NCBI GenBank assembly: GCA_902785485.1
Contig: CACZZA010000001.1
Coordinates: 1 to 51,222, forward strand
DNA length: 51,222 nucleotides
Reading direction: 5' to 3'
From: an uncultured Ruminococcus sp.
Lineage (GTDB): Bacteria > Bacillota > Clostridia > Oscillospirales > CAG-272
The position numbers were made by a program, and so were the translations under genes. Below, piece after piece: positions 1 through 9,224 of the stretch (position 1 is the stretch's first letter; every line of letters begins with the position of its first letter). The notes beneath the pieces were generated by a model. It was given only the letters and a program-made list of their open reading frames with translations, did not search any database and was not told the DNA's origin.

Positions 1-34
1 TTGTTTTGAGGCTGTTTTATCTTTTTTATTGAAC

Positions 35-76
35 AAAAAAGCGAGACACACCTTTTTTGATGTGTCTCGCTTTTTT
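35..76. terminator. Intrinsic terminator-like hairpin (bidirectional)
   Basis: AAAAAAGCGAGACACA (35-50) / TGTGTCTCGCTTTTTT (61-76) perfect inverted repeat with A- and T-tracts; itself enclosed by TTTGAGGCTGT (5-15) / ACAGCCTCAAA (92-102). Confidence 0.65.
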
Positions 77-266
77 CACGACTGTTTTTTTACAGCCTCA
101 AACCCCTTCTCTAAACCTTTCCTCTGTAAGGTTTTCGGAGGGCGCGGGACGAGGGATTCCCCGACGCTGATTTGAGAGCGTTGGGGATCCCTGCATTTTT
201 CTTCGCTGAATTCGCGCCGCCTGCCTACGCATCTGTCCTTCAAAAACAGGCAAATAATTCCGCGAC

Positions 267-295
267 TTGACTCGAAAGCGCGATTATGATAAAAT
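267..295 (+). promoter_or_regulatory. Sigma-A-type promoter for cohesin-dockerin gene
   Basis: TTGACT-17 nt-TAAAAT with TG extended -10, about 30 nt upstream of AAGGAGG RBS/ATG. Confidence 0.6.
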
Positions 296-327
296 AATAT
301 CAGTTATCCGAAAGGAGGGTCCGGACG

Positions 328-1011
328 ATGAAGGGAAGCGCGTTTGCGTTGAAACTCGCAGTTTTCGCTCTGCTTTTTGCGGTCATATCGGCTTTTTTGT
401 TCGGATCCGCCGTCCGCGCCGACGGGAACGCCGTCGTGGAGTTTTCGGACGCACTCGCGCTTTCCGGCGGAAAGGCGAGGGTCTCGGTCACTTTGAAAAA
501 CAGTCCGGGAATCGCGTGCTTTATGTTCAAGTTGAGCTACGACCCCGCGCTCACTCTTGTCGACGCGGAAAGCGGAGCCGACGATCCCGGCGGAAACGCG
601 GCTTTTCTCGAGGCTTCTTCCGGCGGGCAGGCGAAAGTCATCTGGTTCAGTATGACGGATGAGGTCAAGGGAGACGGCGAGGTCGCGGTATTGACATTTG
701 TCACTCCGGGCGGTCCCGAAAAAACGTACCGCGTCGGCGTTTCATACGGCGAGAACGATATTCTGAACTCCGCCGCGGAGAAGGTGGACGTTACGGTCAT
801 AGAGGGATGCATTACGACGTCTCTATGCGGAGACGCAAACGACGACATGACTGTTGACGTCAATGACGTCGTAAGACTGAAAAGGTATTTCGCCGAATAC
901 GACGAAAAGACCGGATCTCCCGTCGTACTCGGACCAAGAGCCGACGCCAACGGGGACGGAGGCATCACCGCGCTCGACGTCGTCAGGCTGAAAAGACAGC
1001 TTGCCGAATAA
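328..1011 (+). CDS. Secreted cohesin + dockerin domain protein (adaptor scaffoldin-like)
   Basis: Signal peptide ending VRA; cohesin-like segment (VSVTLKNSPGIACFMFKLSYDPALTL...GEVAVLTF); two dockerin Ca-binding repeats GDANDDMTVDVNDVVRLKRY and ADANGDGGITALDVVRLKRQL; RBS AAGGAGG. Confidence 0.8.
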   Translation: MKGSAFALKLAVFALLFAVISAFLFGSAVRADGNAVVEFSDALALSGGKARVSVTLKNSPGIACFMFKLSYDPALTLVDAESGADDPGGNAAFLEASSGGQAKVIWFSMTDEVKGDGEVAVLTFVTPGGPEKTYRVGVSYGENDILNSAAEKVDVTVIEGCITTSLCGDANDDMTVDVNDVVRLKRYFAEYDEKTGSPVVLGPRADANGDGGITALDVVRLKRQLAE

Positions 1012-1051
1012 AAATGAAACGGGATCGGATCATCCGGCTTGAAATAAAAAC

Positions 1052-1083
1052 AACGGACTGCCGCAAAAACGCGGCGGTCCGTT
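1052..1083. terminator. Hairpin terminator between convergent genes
   Basis: AACGGACTGCCGC / GCGGCGGTCCGTT stem with flanking A/T runs. Confidence 0.6.
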
Positions 1084-1103
1084 TGTGTTTCCTGCGATAG
1101 CCT

Positions 1104-2153
1104 TCATCCGCGCCGCACGGCGTAGACGTTGACGTCCCACGCGGGGACTCCGGGGAGCTTGCGTAGATAAAGGTCGTAGTCCTGCCGCAAGGACTTTATC
1201 AGCGCAGGCAGGGCGAATATGTCTTCGTTGCGGTGGTAGGCGGAAACAATAAGGTCGGGAGAGTATTCTTTTATCGTGCGCTCCGTTCCGAGCAGGGCGT
1301 CGCGCTCCGCGCCTTCGACGTCGTACTTGATAAAGTCGATCTTGCCGTCTGTCAGAGAGTCGATCCGCGCGCATTTTACGTCCGCGGTCTTTCCCCCGCG
1401 CAGGGGAGAATACACGTTCGCGTTGCGGTTTGCCGACGCGTCGAGGGTCAGATCTCCGTCGAATGAATAAGCGGCGGCGTTGACCGGCGTCACCCGCGGC
1501 TCGCTTTCTGCGTAGGCGAGCAGTTTTTTGTAGGTTTTCGGGTCCGGCTCGAGCGTGTAGATCCGTTCGAGCGTCGGATAAAGCGACAAGTATTTTTTCG
1601 CGGTGTCGCCGTTATAAGCCCCGGCGTCGACCGCCGTGCGGTAGCCTCCGCGAAGGAGACCGTCCGCGTCTCTTTCTTCGACCTCGGCCTTTCGCAGATA
1701 CTCGAGCCTTCCGGTCAGCTTGTATTTTATGATGTTATCGTAGGTCTCTTTCGATCTTTCGTCGCAGAACAGCTCGCGCGCCGAGTTTATTTCTTTTTCG
1801 TGCGCCGCGAAGAACTCCGCGTCGAACGTCCCGCCTCCCGCGACGGGAACGTCCGGAGCGAAAAGCTCGTGCTTTTCTTCGACCTTACGTATCGCTTCAA
1901 GCACGTCGGGAAGGGAAGTCCCGAAGGACAGCAGGACCGTGAAGTCGCCGTATTTTTCTTCAACTTCGCCGAGAGTCAGCACGCGTTTACCGTGGAATGA
2001 GTGACCGCGGACGAACGAGTCGGACGCGAAGAAATCAGAGACGACGATACCCTTTTCCGCGCACCGGGCGAGTATTTTGTCCGCACCGTTGCCCATTCCG
2101 TACATAACGACGGGTCTATCGGACGTTTTCAGATATTGCCAGATGTCGTTCAC
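1104..2153 (-). CDS. FkbM family SAM-dependent methyltransferase
   Basis: VDAGAYNGDT, LEPDP, IDFIKYDVEGAE, SAYH motifs; start re-assigned to GTG at 2153 behind AAAGGAG RBS (the ORF-track extension overlaps mrnC). Confidence 0.85.
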   Translation of the reverse strand: MNDIWQYLKTSDRPVVMYGMGNGADKILARCAEKGIVVSDFFASDSFVRGHSFHGKRVLTLGEVEEKYGDFTVLLSFGTSLPDVLEAIRKVEEKHELFAPDVPVAGGGTFDAEFFAAHEKEINSARELFCDERSKETYDNIIKYKLTGRLEYLRKAEVEERDADGLLRGGYRTAVDAGAYNGDTAKKYLSLYPTLERIYTLEPDPKTYKKLLAYAESEPRVTPVNAAAYSFDGDLTLDASANRNANVYSPLRGGKTADVKCARIDSLTDGKIDFIKYDVEGAERDALLGTERTIKEYSPDLIVSAYHRNEDIFALPALIKSLRQDYDLYLRKLPGVPAWDVNVYAVRRG

Positions 2154-2294
2154 GCTCAATACTCCTTTCCGCAGATTAAAAATACTATAACATTCTTTTT
2201 GAGATTTGTCAAAAAAATCCGCAAAAAATCTTGCCATAGCGAAAAAAGTGTGATAAACTGAAAACACGAAAAAAATACGCAACGGAGACTTGAA

Positions 2295-2672
2295 TTGAGA
2301 CCGGAAGAACTCAACGGTTCGACCCTCGCCTACCTCGGCGACGCGGTGATCGAACTTATGGTACGGGAGAAAGTCGCGACGTCGGGAATGAACGACGTCG
2401 GCAAGATGAACGAAATAGCGCGCAGTTATGTCCGTGCGACCGAGCAAAGCCGGGCGGTCGACCGGATAATCGACTTTTTGACCGAGGAAGAACTGACGTA
2501 TTTCAAACGCGGGCGCAACACCAAGGGAAACACTCCGAAGTCGGCGTCTGCGGTCGAATACCGCCGCGCGACGGGGATGGAATCGCTTTTCGCTTATCTC
2601 TACCTCAAAGGCGATACCGAAAGGATGCGTTTTCTCTTCGGCGAGGCTTATAAAGACCACTTTAATAATTAA
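2295..2672 (+). CDS. mrnC: Mini-ribonuclease III
   Basis: LAYLGDAVIEL, KRGRN, YRRATGMESLFAYLYL signature; 125 aa; TTG start after GGAG. Confidence 0.92.
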   Translation: MRPEELNGSTLAYLGDAVIELMVREKVATSGMNDVGKMNEIARSYVRATEQSRAVDRIIDFLTEEELTYFKRGRNTKGNTPKSASAVEYRRATGMESLFAYLYLKGDTERMRFLFGEAYKDHFNN

Positions 2673-2689
2673 ATAAAGGAGAAACCATT

Positions 2690-3157
2690 ATGTGGAAAAA
2701 GTTTAAGGAATTCGCGTTCAAAGGCAACGTGATCGACATGGCAGTCGGCGTCGTCATCGGCGGCGCGTTCGGAAAGATCGTTTCGTCGTTCGTGGCGGAC
2801 ATCATCACCCCTCTGATCAGCCTGATCACCGGCAAAGCCAACTTCACCGAGCTTTTCGCGATCATCAGCAACCCGAATAACGTAGATACCTCCGCTATCA
2901 ACACCATCGAAGCGGCAAAAGAAGCCGGACTCGGCACTCTGAACTACGGTACGTTCATTCAGACCATCATCGACTTCTTCATCATCGCTCTGTCGATATT
3001 CTGCTTCGTCAGCATCATTCAGAAGGCGCGTGATAAGAGCGAAGCCAAGAAGAAAGCCGCCGAAGCAAAAGAAGAGGCTCCCGCAGAGGATCCCAAACCC
3101 ACGACCGAGGAACTCCTCGCCGAGATCCGCGATCTTCTCAAGGACAAAAAAGACTGA
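2690..3157 (+). CDS. mscL: Large-conductance mechanosensitive channel
   Basis: FKEFAFKGNVIDMAVGVVIGGAFGKIVSS and EELLAEIRDLLK motifs. Confidence 0.96.
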   Translation: MWKKFKEFAFKGNVIDMAVGVVIGGAFGKIVSSFVADIITPLISLITGKANFTELFAIISNPNNVDTSAINTIEAAKEAGLGTLNYGTFIQTIIDFFIIALSIFCFVSIIQKARDKSEAKKKAAEAKEEAPAEDPKPTTEELLAEIRDLLKDKKD

Positions 3158-3184
3158 AAAACGTGATCTGATCGGAGACGCAAA

Positions 3185-4132
3185 ATGTACAGGATAGGGA
3201 TAGACCTCGGCGGGACCAACATCGCCGCCGGGATCGTCGACGGTGATTATAAGATCGTCAGCAAGGGGAGCGTCCCGACGATCGCGCACCGCGACGCGGA
3301 CGAGATCGTCAAGGATATGGCGGCGCTCTGCAAGGCGCTGCTAAAGGACGCGGGTCTCACTCTCGCGGACGTCGAGCTTGTCGGAGCGGCAAGTCCCGGC
3401 AACGTCGACCGCGATTTGGGCGTCGTCGTTTACGCCAACAATATCAAAATGAAGAACTATCCGCTCGCCGAAAAACTCGGCAAAGCGCTTGGCTTTGATA
3501 AGATCGAAGTCGAAAACGACGCCAACGCGGCGGCGCTCGGAGAAGCGATCGCAGGCTGCGGCAAGGGCGTTTCCTCGTTCGTTATGGTCACGCTCGGAAC
3601 GGGCGTCGGCGGAGGTATCGTCATCGACGGCAAGATCTATTCCGGCTACAAGGGCGCCGGAGCCGAACTCGGACACATGGTGATCGAGCATAACGGCGTG
3701 CCCTGCACCTGCGGACGGAGAGGCTGTTTCGAGAGTTACAGCTCCGCGACGGGTCTTATCCGTATGACGAGGAACAAAATGCTCGAGGACAAGTCGAGTT
3801 CGATGTGGCGCCTCGTTGAGGGCGACATCGACCGTGTTTCCGGAAGGACCGCTTTCAAGGCGGCGGCGGGCGGCGACAAGAGCGCCCGCGAAGTCTGCGC
3901 CGAGTATATAGACTACCTCTCCTGCGGACTTGCCAACGTCATCAACGTTCTGCGTCCCGAGATACTCGCGCTCGGAGGCGGCGTTTCGCACGAGGGTCCC
4001 GCCCTCATGGAGCCGCTTATCGAACGGGTCCTGAGCGAATCGTACGGCGGCGGACTCGTGCCGATGACCGAGATCGTTCAGGCGACACTCGGCAACGACG
4101 CCGGCATCATAGGCGCCGCGTACATTTCGTGA
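3185..4132 (+). CDS. ROK family sugar kinase (glucokinase-like)
   Basis: IGIDLGGT, ENDANAAALGE, TLGTGVGGG, ELGH, CTCGRRGCFE, GNDAGIIGAA. Confidence 0.92.
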   Translation: MYRIGIDLGGTNIAAGIVDGDYKIVSKGSVPTIAHRDADEIVKDMAALCKALLKDAGLTLADVELVGAASPGNVDRDLGVVVYANNIKMKNYPLAEKLGKALGFDKIEVENDANAAALGEAIAGCGKGVSSFVMVTLGTGVGGGIVIDGKIYSGYKGAGAELGHMVIEHNGVPCTCGRRGCFESYSSATGLIRMTRNKMLEDKSSSMWRLVEGDIDRVSGRTAFKAAAGGDKSAREVCAEYIDYLSCGLANVINVLRPEILALGGGVSHEGPALMEPLIERVLSESYGGGLVPMTEIVQATLGNDAGIIGAAYIS

Positions 4133-4147
4133 GATCATAAACGCACG

Positions 4148-4182
4148 AAAAGGACCGTGTTGCAACGCACGGTCCTTTTTTT
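4148..4182 (+). terminator. Intrinsic terminator of mrnC-mscL-ROK operon
   Basis: AAAAGGACCGTG / CACGGTCCTTTT stem followed by T-run. Confidence 0.8.
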
Positions 4183-4278
4183 CGTCACATTCTGAGTCAC
4201 GTACCGAAAACGTCGCATGAAATGTTGTAATATGTACCCGTAAAGAAAAAACAACACTTTTTTACGGAGGTAATTACA

Positions 4279-4461
4279 ATGTTTTGCGGATGGGACACCT
4301 TTTTTGACACAGTGCCGGACCTCGATATGAACGGCAAACACGATTTTGTCGATTTTCTTATTTTCGACAGCATCCTGACCGAAGAAGAAAAAGAGAACGA
4401 AAGCGGAGACTCTTTCGACTCTCTCGACTTATGGGACGACGAAGATGACTCCGATTTTTGA
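4279..4461 (+). CDS. Small acidic hypothetical protein with one Ca-binding-loop-like motif
   Basis: Strong GGAGGT RBS; 60 aa, very D/E rich, DLDMNGKHDFVD loop. Confidence 0.6.
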   Translation: MFCGWDTFFDTVPDLDMNGKHDFVDFLIFDSILTEEEKENESGDSFDSLDLWDDEDDSDF

Positions 4462-4519
4462 AAAACCGGATCGGCGCGTAAAACAAAACGCCTCTGCTTC
4501 ACTTTCCGTGAAACAGAGG

Positions 4520-4747
4520 TCATTTTTTGCCTTCGTATTCCTTCCCGGTGATGAGGTAGTCTACCGAAGCTCCGAAGTATTCGGATAGACGGAGCAGCAT
4601 CTGTATATCCGGCGACCGCCTGCCGTTCTCGTAATACGACAGCGCCTCGCGGCTGATATTCAGGTCCATCGCGACCTTCAGCTGACTGAATCCCTTTTTC
4701 CTGCGTATCTCACGCAGACCGACCATCTTGTTTTCAAACTCCGCCAT
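4520..4747 (-). CDS. XRE/Cro-CI helix-turn-helix transcriptional regulator
   Basis: LREIRRKKGFSQLKVAMDLNISREALSYYENGRRSP...VDYL; start at ATG 4747 behind GGAGGT. Confidence 0.9.
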   Translation of the reverse strand: MAEFENKMVGLREIRRKKGFSQLKVAMDLNISREALSYYENGRRSPDIQMLLRLSEYFGASVDYLITGKEYEGKK

Positions 4748-4771
4748 ACGCAAAAACCTCCACAATACCTC

Positions 4772-4821
4772 TTGACTATATTGTAACAATATGTTACAAT
4801 AATTATGTAACAGTCTGTTAC
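4772..4821 (+). promoter_or_regulatory. Promoter overlapped by two palindromic operators (GTAACA-N3-TGTTAC)
   Basis: TTGACT(4772)-17-TACAAT(4795) with TG; palindromes ATTGTAACA-ATA-TGTTACAAT (4780-4800) and GTAACA-GTC-TGTTAC (4807-4821). Confidence 0.75.
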
Positions 4822-4848
4822 GCAATAAAAACAGAGAGGGTTGATTTT

Positions 4849-5184
4849 ATGAAATTTTGTTCAAGTTGCGGTCATCAAAACGAGGATGCTGCAAGATTTT
4901 GCGAGAAGTGCGCGGCTCCTTTTGACGACGTTCCGGAGAACGCCGATGGAATGTATAATCATCGCGAAGAACCGGAGATCTCAGAAGTCAGGCGTTTTGA
5001 ACTCGCGTTGATATGCGGTCTGTTTGGTTCTCTCGGAGCGCATAGGTTCTATACCGGTAAAAAAGGAACGGGACTTCTATGGCTTTTTACGCTTGGCGTG
5101 TTCGGATTTGGTACCTTGATAGATCTTTTGATGATCTGCTCCGGCGACTTCAAGGATTATTGGGGCAGAAGGATCATACAATAA
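4849..5184 (+). CDS. Zinc-ribbon + TM2 domain membrane protein
   Basis: CSSCG...FCEKC zinc ribbon; GSLGAHRFYTGKKGTGLLWLFTLG...IDL TM2 motif. Confidence 0.88.
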   Translation: MKFCSSCGHQNEDAARFCEKCAAPFDDVPENADGMYNHREEPEISEVRRFELALICGLFGSLGAHRFYTGKKGTGLLWLFTLGVFGFGTLIDLLMICSGDFKDYWGRRIIQ

Positions 5185-5219
5185 TTTTGTGCATCTTATT
5201 ATTAGAAGAAACATAGTCT

Positions 5220-5267
5220 TCAAACAGCCGACGTCCGTCAAAAGGTCGTCGGCTGTTTGAGTTTTTT
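5220..5267 (+). terminator. Intrinsic terminator
   Basis: TCAAACAGCCGACG / CGTCGGCTGTTTGA stem then GTTTTTT. Confidence 0.75.
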
Positions 5268-5352
5268 AATCAAGTTTTTATAACGAATTGATTTTATTGT
5301 TCGTTTGTGGTACAATGTAGTTTGTAATACGCGGATTAAAGGAGTATGACTT

Positions 5353-6411
5353 GTGGATGCGGGTAACATTCCGGAAAGCAATCAAAGAAAAGCCTATCTC
5401 GATCATTTCAGGATCCTTGCCACTCTTTTTGTCGTGGTACTCCACGCTTCAGCTCAGAATTGGACTAACGCGGGAGTCAGCACGTTAGAGTGGCAAACAT
5501 TCAACTTTTTTGACAGCATCGCAAGATGGTGCGTTCCCGCTTTCGTTATGATAAGCGGAGCGCTTTTTCTCGATCGGGAGATCCCGCTGAAAAAGCTTTA
5601 TACAAAATACTGTCTCAGGCTCGTGTGCGCGTTTGTGTTCTGGTCGGCGGTGTATATGATGTTCACCGAGGGTACTTTGAAAGAAAGACTTCTGACGTTC
5701 ATCTCGGGACACTATCATATGTGGTTTATCCTGATGATGATAGGCTTATACGTATGTACTCCGATCATCAAAAAGATCGTAAGCGACATTAAAATCGCGA
5801 AATACTATCTTATACTCTCGTTCGTGTTTGGTTTCGTGATCCCGGAAACGGTAGTATTTCTCGGCGACTTTGCGGGAAAAAACGTTAACCTCGTTGCCGG
5901 GGCGCTTTATTCCGACGTTGTGGGAATGAATATGCAGCTTGTGCTTGGTTACACCTGTTATTACGTCTGGGGGTATTATCTCAGCAAGACCGAACTCAGC
6001 AAAAAGCAGAGGATCTGGATATATCTGCTCGGATTGGCGGGATTCGCGGCAACAGTTATACTCGACTCCGTTGTCGCGCTCAGGACTCAGCAACCGTGTC
6101 AGAATTATTACAGTCTCTTCACGGTCAACGTTATGTTTGAGACCACCGCTCTCTTCACTTGGTTCAAATACAGAAGGTACGGCTGCGGGAAAAAGGAAAA
6201 AATATTTGCCTTGCTTTCAAAATACAGCTTCGGCGCTTATCTTGTTCACGCTTTGTTCCTGGAGCTTGCGGAAACGAAACTCGGTATCAACACCCTTTCG
6301 TTCAACCCCGTTCTGTCTGTCGTATCGATCTCGCTGTCTGTTTGCGTGATCTCGTTTATCGTGTCCGCGATCATCAACCGAATACCGTTTATAAATAAAT
6401 ATATCGTTTGA
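5353..6411 (+). CDS. Acyltransferase family 3 (membrane O-acetyltransferase)
   Basis: YLDHFRILATLFVVVLH, CVPAFVMISG, YHMWF, SFGAYLVH; multiple TM helices. Confidence 0.88.
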   Translation: MDAGNIPESNQRKAYLDHFRILATLFVVVLHASAQNWTNAGVSTLEWQTFNFFDSIARWCVPAFVMISGALFLDREIPLKKLYTKYCLRLVCAFVFWSAVYMMFTEGTLKERLLTFISGHYHMWFILMMIGLYVCTPIIKKIVSDIKIAKYYLILSFVFGFVIPETVVFLGDFAGKNVNLVAGALYSDVVGMNMQLVLGYTCYYVWGYYLSKTELSKKQRIWIYLLGLAGFAATVILDSVVALRTQQPCQNYYSLFTVNVMFETTALFTWFKYRRYGCGKKEKIFALLSKYSFGAYLVHALFLELAETKLGINTLSFNPVLSVVSISLSVCVISFIVSAIINRIPFINKYIV

Positions 6412-6454
6412 ACAGCCGTGTTTTACGGTCGTCCGGGCGCGGAGGCCCGAAACA

Positions 6455-7327
6455 ATGAAACTCAACGCAACGTGCAGGAAATGCCTGCTTGACAAATATC
6501 TCGCCGGCTATCCGGAGTCAGCTCCTCCCGAAAGGATCGCGGAATACAGGCGGATCGTCGAAGACGCTGTCGCGAACGACGGGGGCAGGACTTCGCCCGA
6601 ACTCGTCGAATATTTCACGAGGGAGAGCGAAAGACTGTTCGGTCCGGGAAAGGACTGGACGGAGATCAAAAGCCGGTACAACCGGCTTATGCTGACTTTT
6701 GAAAAAACAATGGAGAGCGGTATCCGTTCGTCGCGCGATCCGCTCCTTACGGCGGTACGCTACGCCATGATCGGCAATTACATCGACTTTGCCGCCGTCG
6801 ACTCGGTGGACGAGGGCAAGCTCGGAGAGTTGCTCGAAGACACGGAAAGATTTCGCGTCGACTCAGACGTTCTCTCCTCTCTCAAAAGCGATCTTTCGCG
6901 CGCCGGAAGGCTTACGTACGTCCACGACAACTGCGGAGAGATCGTCGCGGACAAGCTGCTTATAAAAACGGCGAAGACGCTTTCTCCCGGCCTTGAAGTC
7001 TTTTCGGTCGTGCGCGGAGAGCAGGTCATGAACGACGCGACCGAGGAAGACGCGTATGAGGTCGGACTCGACGCTGCGTCGACCGTCATCGGCTCGGGCA
7101 ACGGAGTCGGCGGCTGCGTTATGGAGCGTTTGTCTCCCGAGGCGCGGCGCGCGATGGAAAACGCGGACGTCGTGATCTCGAAAGGACAGGCAAACTACGA
7201 GACCCTCGCCGGGTGCGGACTCAACGTTTACTATATTTTTCTGTGCAAATGCGACAGGTTCATTTCGGAGTTCGGCGTGCCGAGATTTACGGGTATGCTG
7301 ACCCGTGAAAAAGACTTCAGGGGGTGA
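6455..7327 (+). CDS. ARMT1-like / DUF89 damage-control phosphatase
   Basis: CRKC N-terminus, GNYIDF, DNCGEIVAD, NDAT, SKGQANYETL, CKC. Confidence 0.88.
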   Translation: MKLNATCRKCLLDKYLAGYPESAPPERIAEYRRIVEDAVANDGGRTSPELVEYFTRESERLFGPGKDWTEIKSRYNRLMLTFEKTMESGIRSSRDPLLTAVRYAMIGNYIDFAAVDSVDEGKLGELLEDTERFRVDSDVLSSLKSDLSRAGRLTYVHDNCGEIVADKLLIKTAKTLSPGLEVFSVVRGEQVMNDATEEDAYEVGLDAASTVIGSGNGVGGCVMERLSPEARRAMENADVVISKGQANYETLAGCGLNVYYIFLCKCDRFISEFGVPRFTGMLTREKDFRG

Positions 7328-7331
7328 TTTT

Positions 7332-8249
7332 TTGGAGAAAGTTATTGAAATAAGAGACCTCAACAAATCGTACGGCGACGTCAAAGCCGTGCGCGATCTG
7401 ACGCTTCAGGTCAAAAAGGGCGAGTTTTTCGCCTTTCTCGGGGTGAACGGCGCGGGAAAATCGACGACGATCTCGATGATATGCGGTCAGCTCAAACGCG
7501 ACAGCGGGACGGTCCTCGTCTGCGGACGGGACGTCGACCGCGATTTTGAATACATCAGCCGCCGCATCGGCGTCGTTTTTCAGTTTTCCGCGCTTGACGC
7601 TCAGCTTTCGGCGCGCGACAACCTGCGTAGCCGCGCCGCGCTCTACGGCATCACCGGAAAAGCGTTTGAAAAAAGATACTCCGCTCTTTCGGAACTGCTC
7701 GATTTCGGCTCCTTCGCCGACCGTCCGCTGAACAAGCTCTCGGGCGGGCAAAAGAGGAGAATAGACATCGCGCGCGCCCTCGTCCACGAGCCGGAGATCC
7801 TCATTCTCGACGAGCCGACGACCGGACTCGACCCCCAGACCCGCAAGCTCCTTTGGGACGTCATCGGCTCTCTGCGCAAAGAAAAAGGACTTACGGTGTT
7901 CCTCACCACGCACTATATGGAAGAGACCGCGGACGCGGACTACGTCGTTATCCTCGACTCCGGAAAGACCGCGGCTTCGGGCACTCCGCTCGACCTCAAA
8001 AACCGTTTCGGAGGCGACTACGTTACGCTTTATCACGTTTCCGAGGACGAAATAAAGCCGCTCGGCGTTCTGTATGAAAAGGTCCGCGACGGCTTCCGTA
8101 TCCCCGTCCCGGATACGTCAAAGGTGACGGAAATGATAATTTCCCGTCCCGAGCTTTTCAAGGATTACGAAGTCGTCAAGGGCAAGATGGACGACGTGTT
8201 CCTCGCCGTCACCGGCAAGGCTCTGACGGAAGGAGGCGTCGAAAAATGA
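7332..8249 (+). CDS. ABC-2 type exporter ATP-binding subunit
   Basis: Walker A GVNGAGKS, LSGGQ, ILILDEPTTGLDP, TTHYMEE; probable TTG start at 7332. Confidence 0.92.
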   Translation: MEKVIEIRDLNKSYGDVKAVRDLTLQVKKGEFFAFLGVNGAGKSTTISMICGQLKRDSGTVLVCGRDVDRDFEYISRRIGVVFQFSALDAQLSARDNLRSRAALYGITGKAFEKRYSALSELLDFGSFADRPLNKLSGGQKRRIDIARALVHEPEILILDEPTTGLDPQTRKLLWDVIGSLRKEKGLTVFLTTHYMEETADADYVVILDSGKTAASGTPLDLKNRFGGDYVTLYHVSEDEIKPLGVLYEKVRDGFRIPVPDTSKVTEMIISRPELFKDYEVVKGKMDDVFLAVTGKALTEGGVEK

Positions 8250-9148
8250 AAACTCTTTCACGCATCGTGAAACGCGATCTCAAGCTTTTTTTCAAGGACA
8301 AGGGAATGTTCTTCTCGTCCCTTATAACGCCGATCATCCTGCTCGTTCTCTACGCCACGTTCCTCGCGAAGGTCTACCGCGACAGCTTCGCCTCGTCGCT
8401 CCCCGACGGATTTTCGATCCCCGATAAGCTGCTCGACGGAACGGTCGTCAGTCAGCTCGTTTCCGCGCTCCTCGCGGTCTCCTGCGTGACGGTGTCGTTC
8501 TGCGCGAACCTGCTTATGATCCAGGACAAAGCGAACGGCACGATACGCGATTTCACCGTGACTCCGGTCAGACGCTCGGTCGTCGCGTGGGGGTATTATA
8601 TCGCGACCTCGGCAAGCACGCTGATAGTGACTTTTTCCGCGCTCGCGGTGTCGCTCGCGTACCTCTCGACGCAGGGGTGGTATATGTCGTTCGGCGACGT
8701 GCTATGCGTCATACTCGACGTGCTTCTGCTGACTTTGTTCGGCACGGCGCTCTCGTCGTGCGTCAACTTCTTCCTCAGCACCAACGGGCAGGCGTCCGCC
8801 GTCGGGACCATCATCAGCGCCGGCTACGGATTTATCTGCGGCGCGTATATGCCGATAGCCAGCTTCGGAGAGGGACTGCAAAAGGTCCTTTCGTTCCTGC
8901 CCGGCACATACGGGACCTGCCTGCTTAAAAATCACATGATGAACGGAGTTTTCGCCGAGATGCGCAACGTCGGTTTCCCGTCGGAGGTCGTCGAATCGAT
9001 CAAGGACAGCGTCGACGTGAACCTGTACTTTTTCGGAAGCAAGGTCAGTATCCCCGCGATGTACGCCGTTATAGGCGGCTCGGCGGCGTTCTTTTCCGGA
9101 CTCTTCGTCCTGTTTCACATCCTAACCAAAAACAAACGCAAAGCGTGA
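8246..9148 (+). CDS. ABC-2 type exporter permease
   Basis: Six hydrophobic helices, GFICGAYMP motif, ATGA overlap with ATPase gene. Confidence 0.88.
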   Translation: MKTLSRIVKRDLKLFFKDKGMFFSSLITPIILLVLYATFLAKVYRDSFASSLPDGFSIPDKLLDGTVVSQLVSALLAVSCVTVSFCANLLMIQDKANGTIRDFTVTPVRRSVVAWGYYIATSASTLIVTFSALAVSLAYLSTQGWYMSFGDVLCVILDVLLLTLFGTALSSCVNFFLSTNGQASAVGTIISAGYGFICGAYMPIASFGEGLQKVLSFLPGTYGTCLLKNHMMNGVFAEMRNVGFPSEVVESIKDSVDVNLYFFGSKVSIPAMYAVIGGSAAFFSGLFVLFHILTKNKRKA

Positions 9149-9224
9149 CTCTTTAAAAATCAAAAAAAGCAAGATCCGTTGGGGCACCCTCCGTAAGGAA
9201 GGTGCTTTGAGGAAGCAATCAGCA

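Noticed and set aside
2154-2660. N-terminal extension of the FkbM ORF
   Set aside because: Antisense to mrnC and crosses an AT-rich promoter region; RBS supports GTG 2153.
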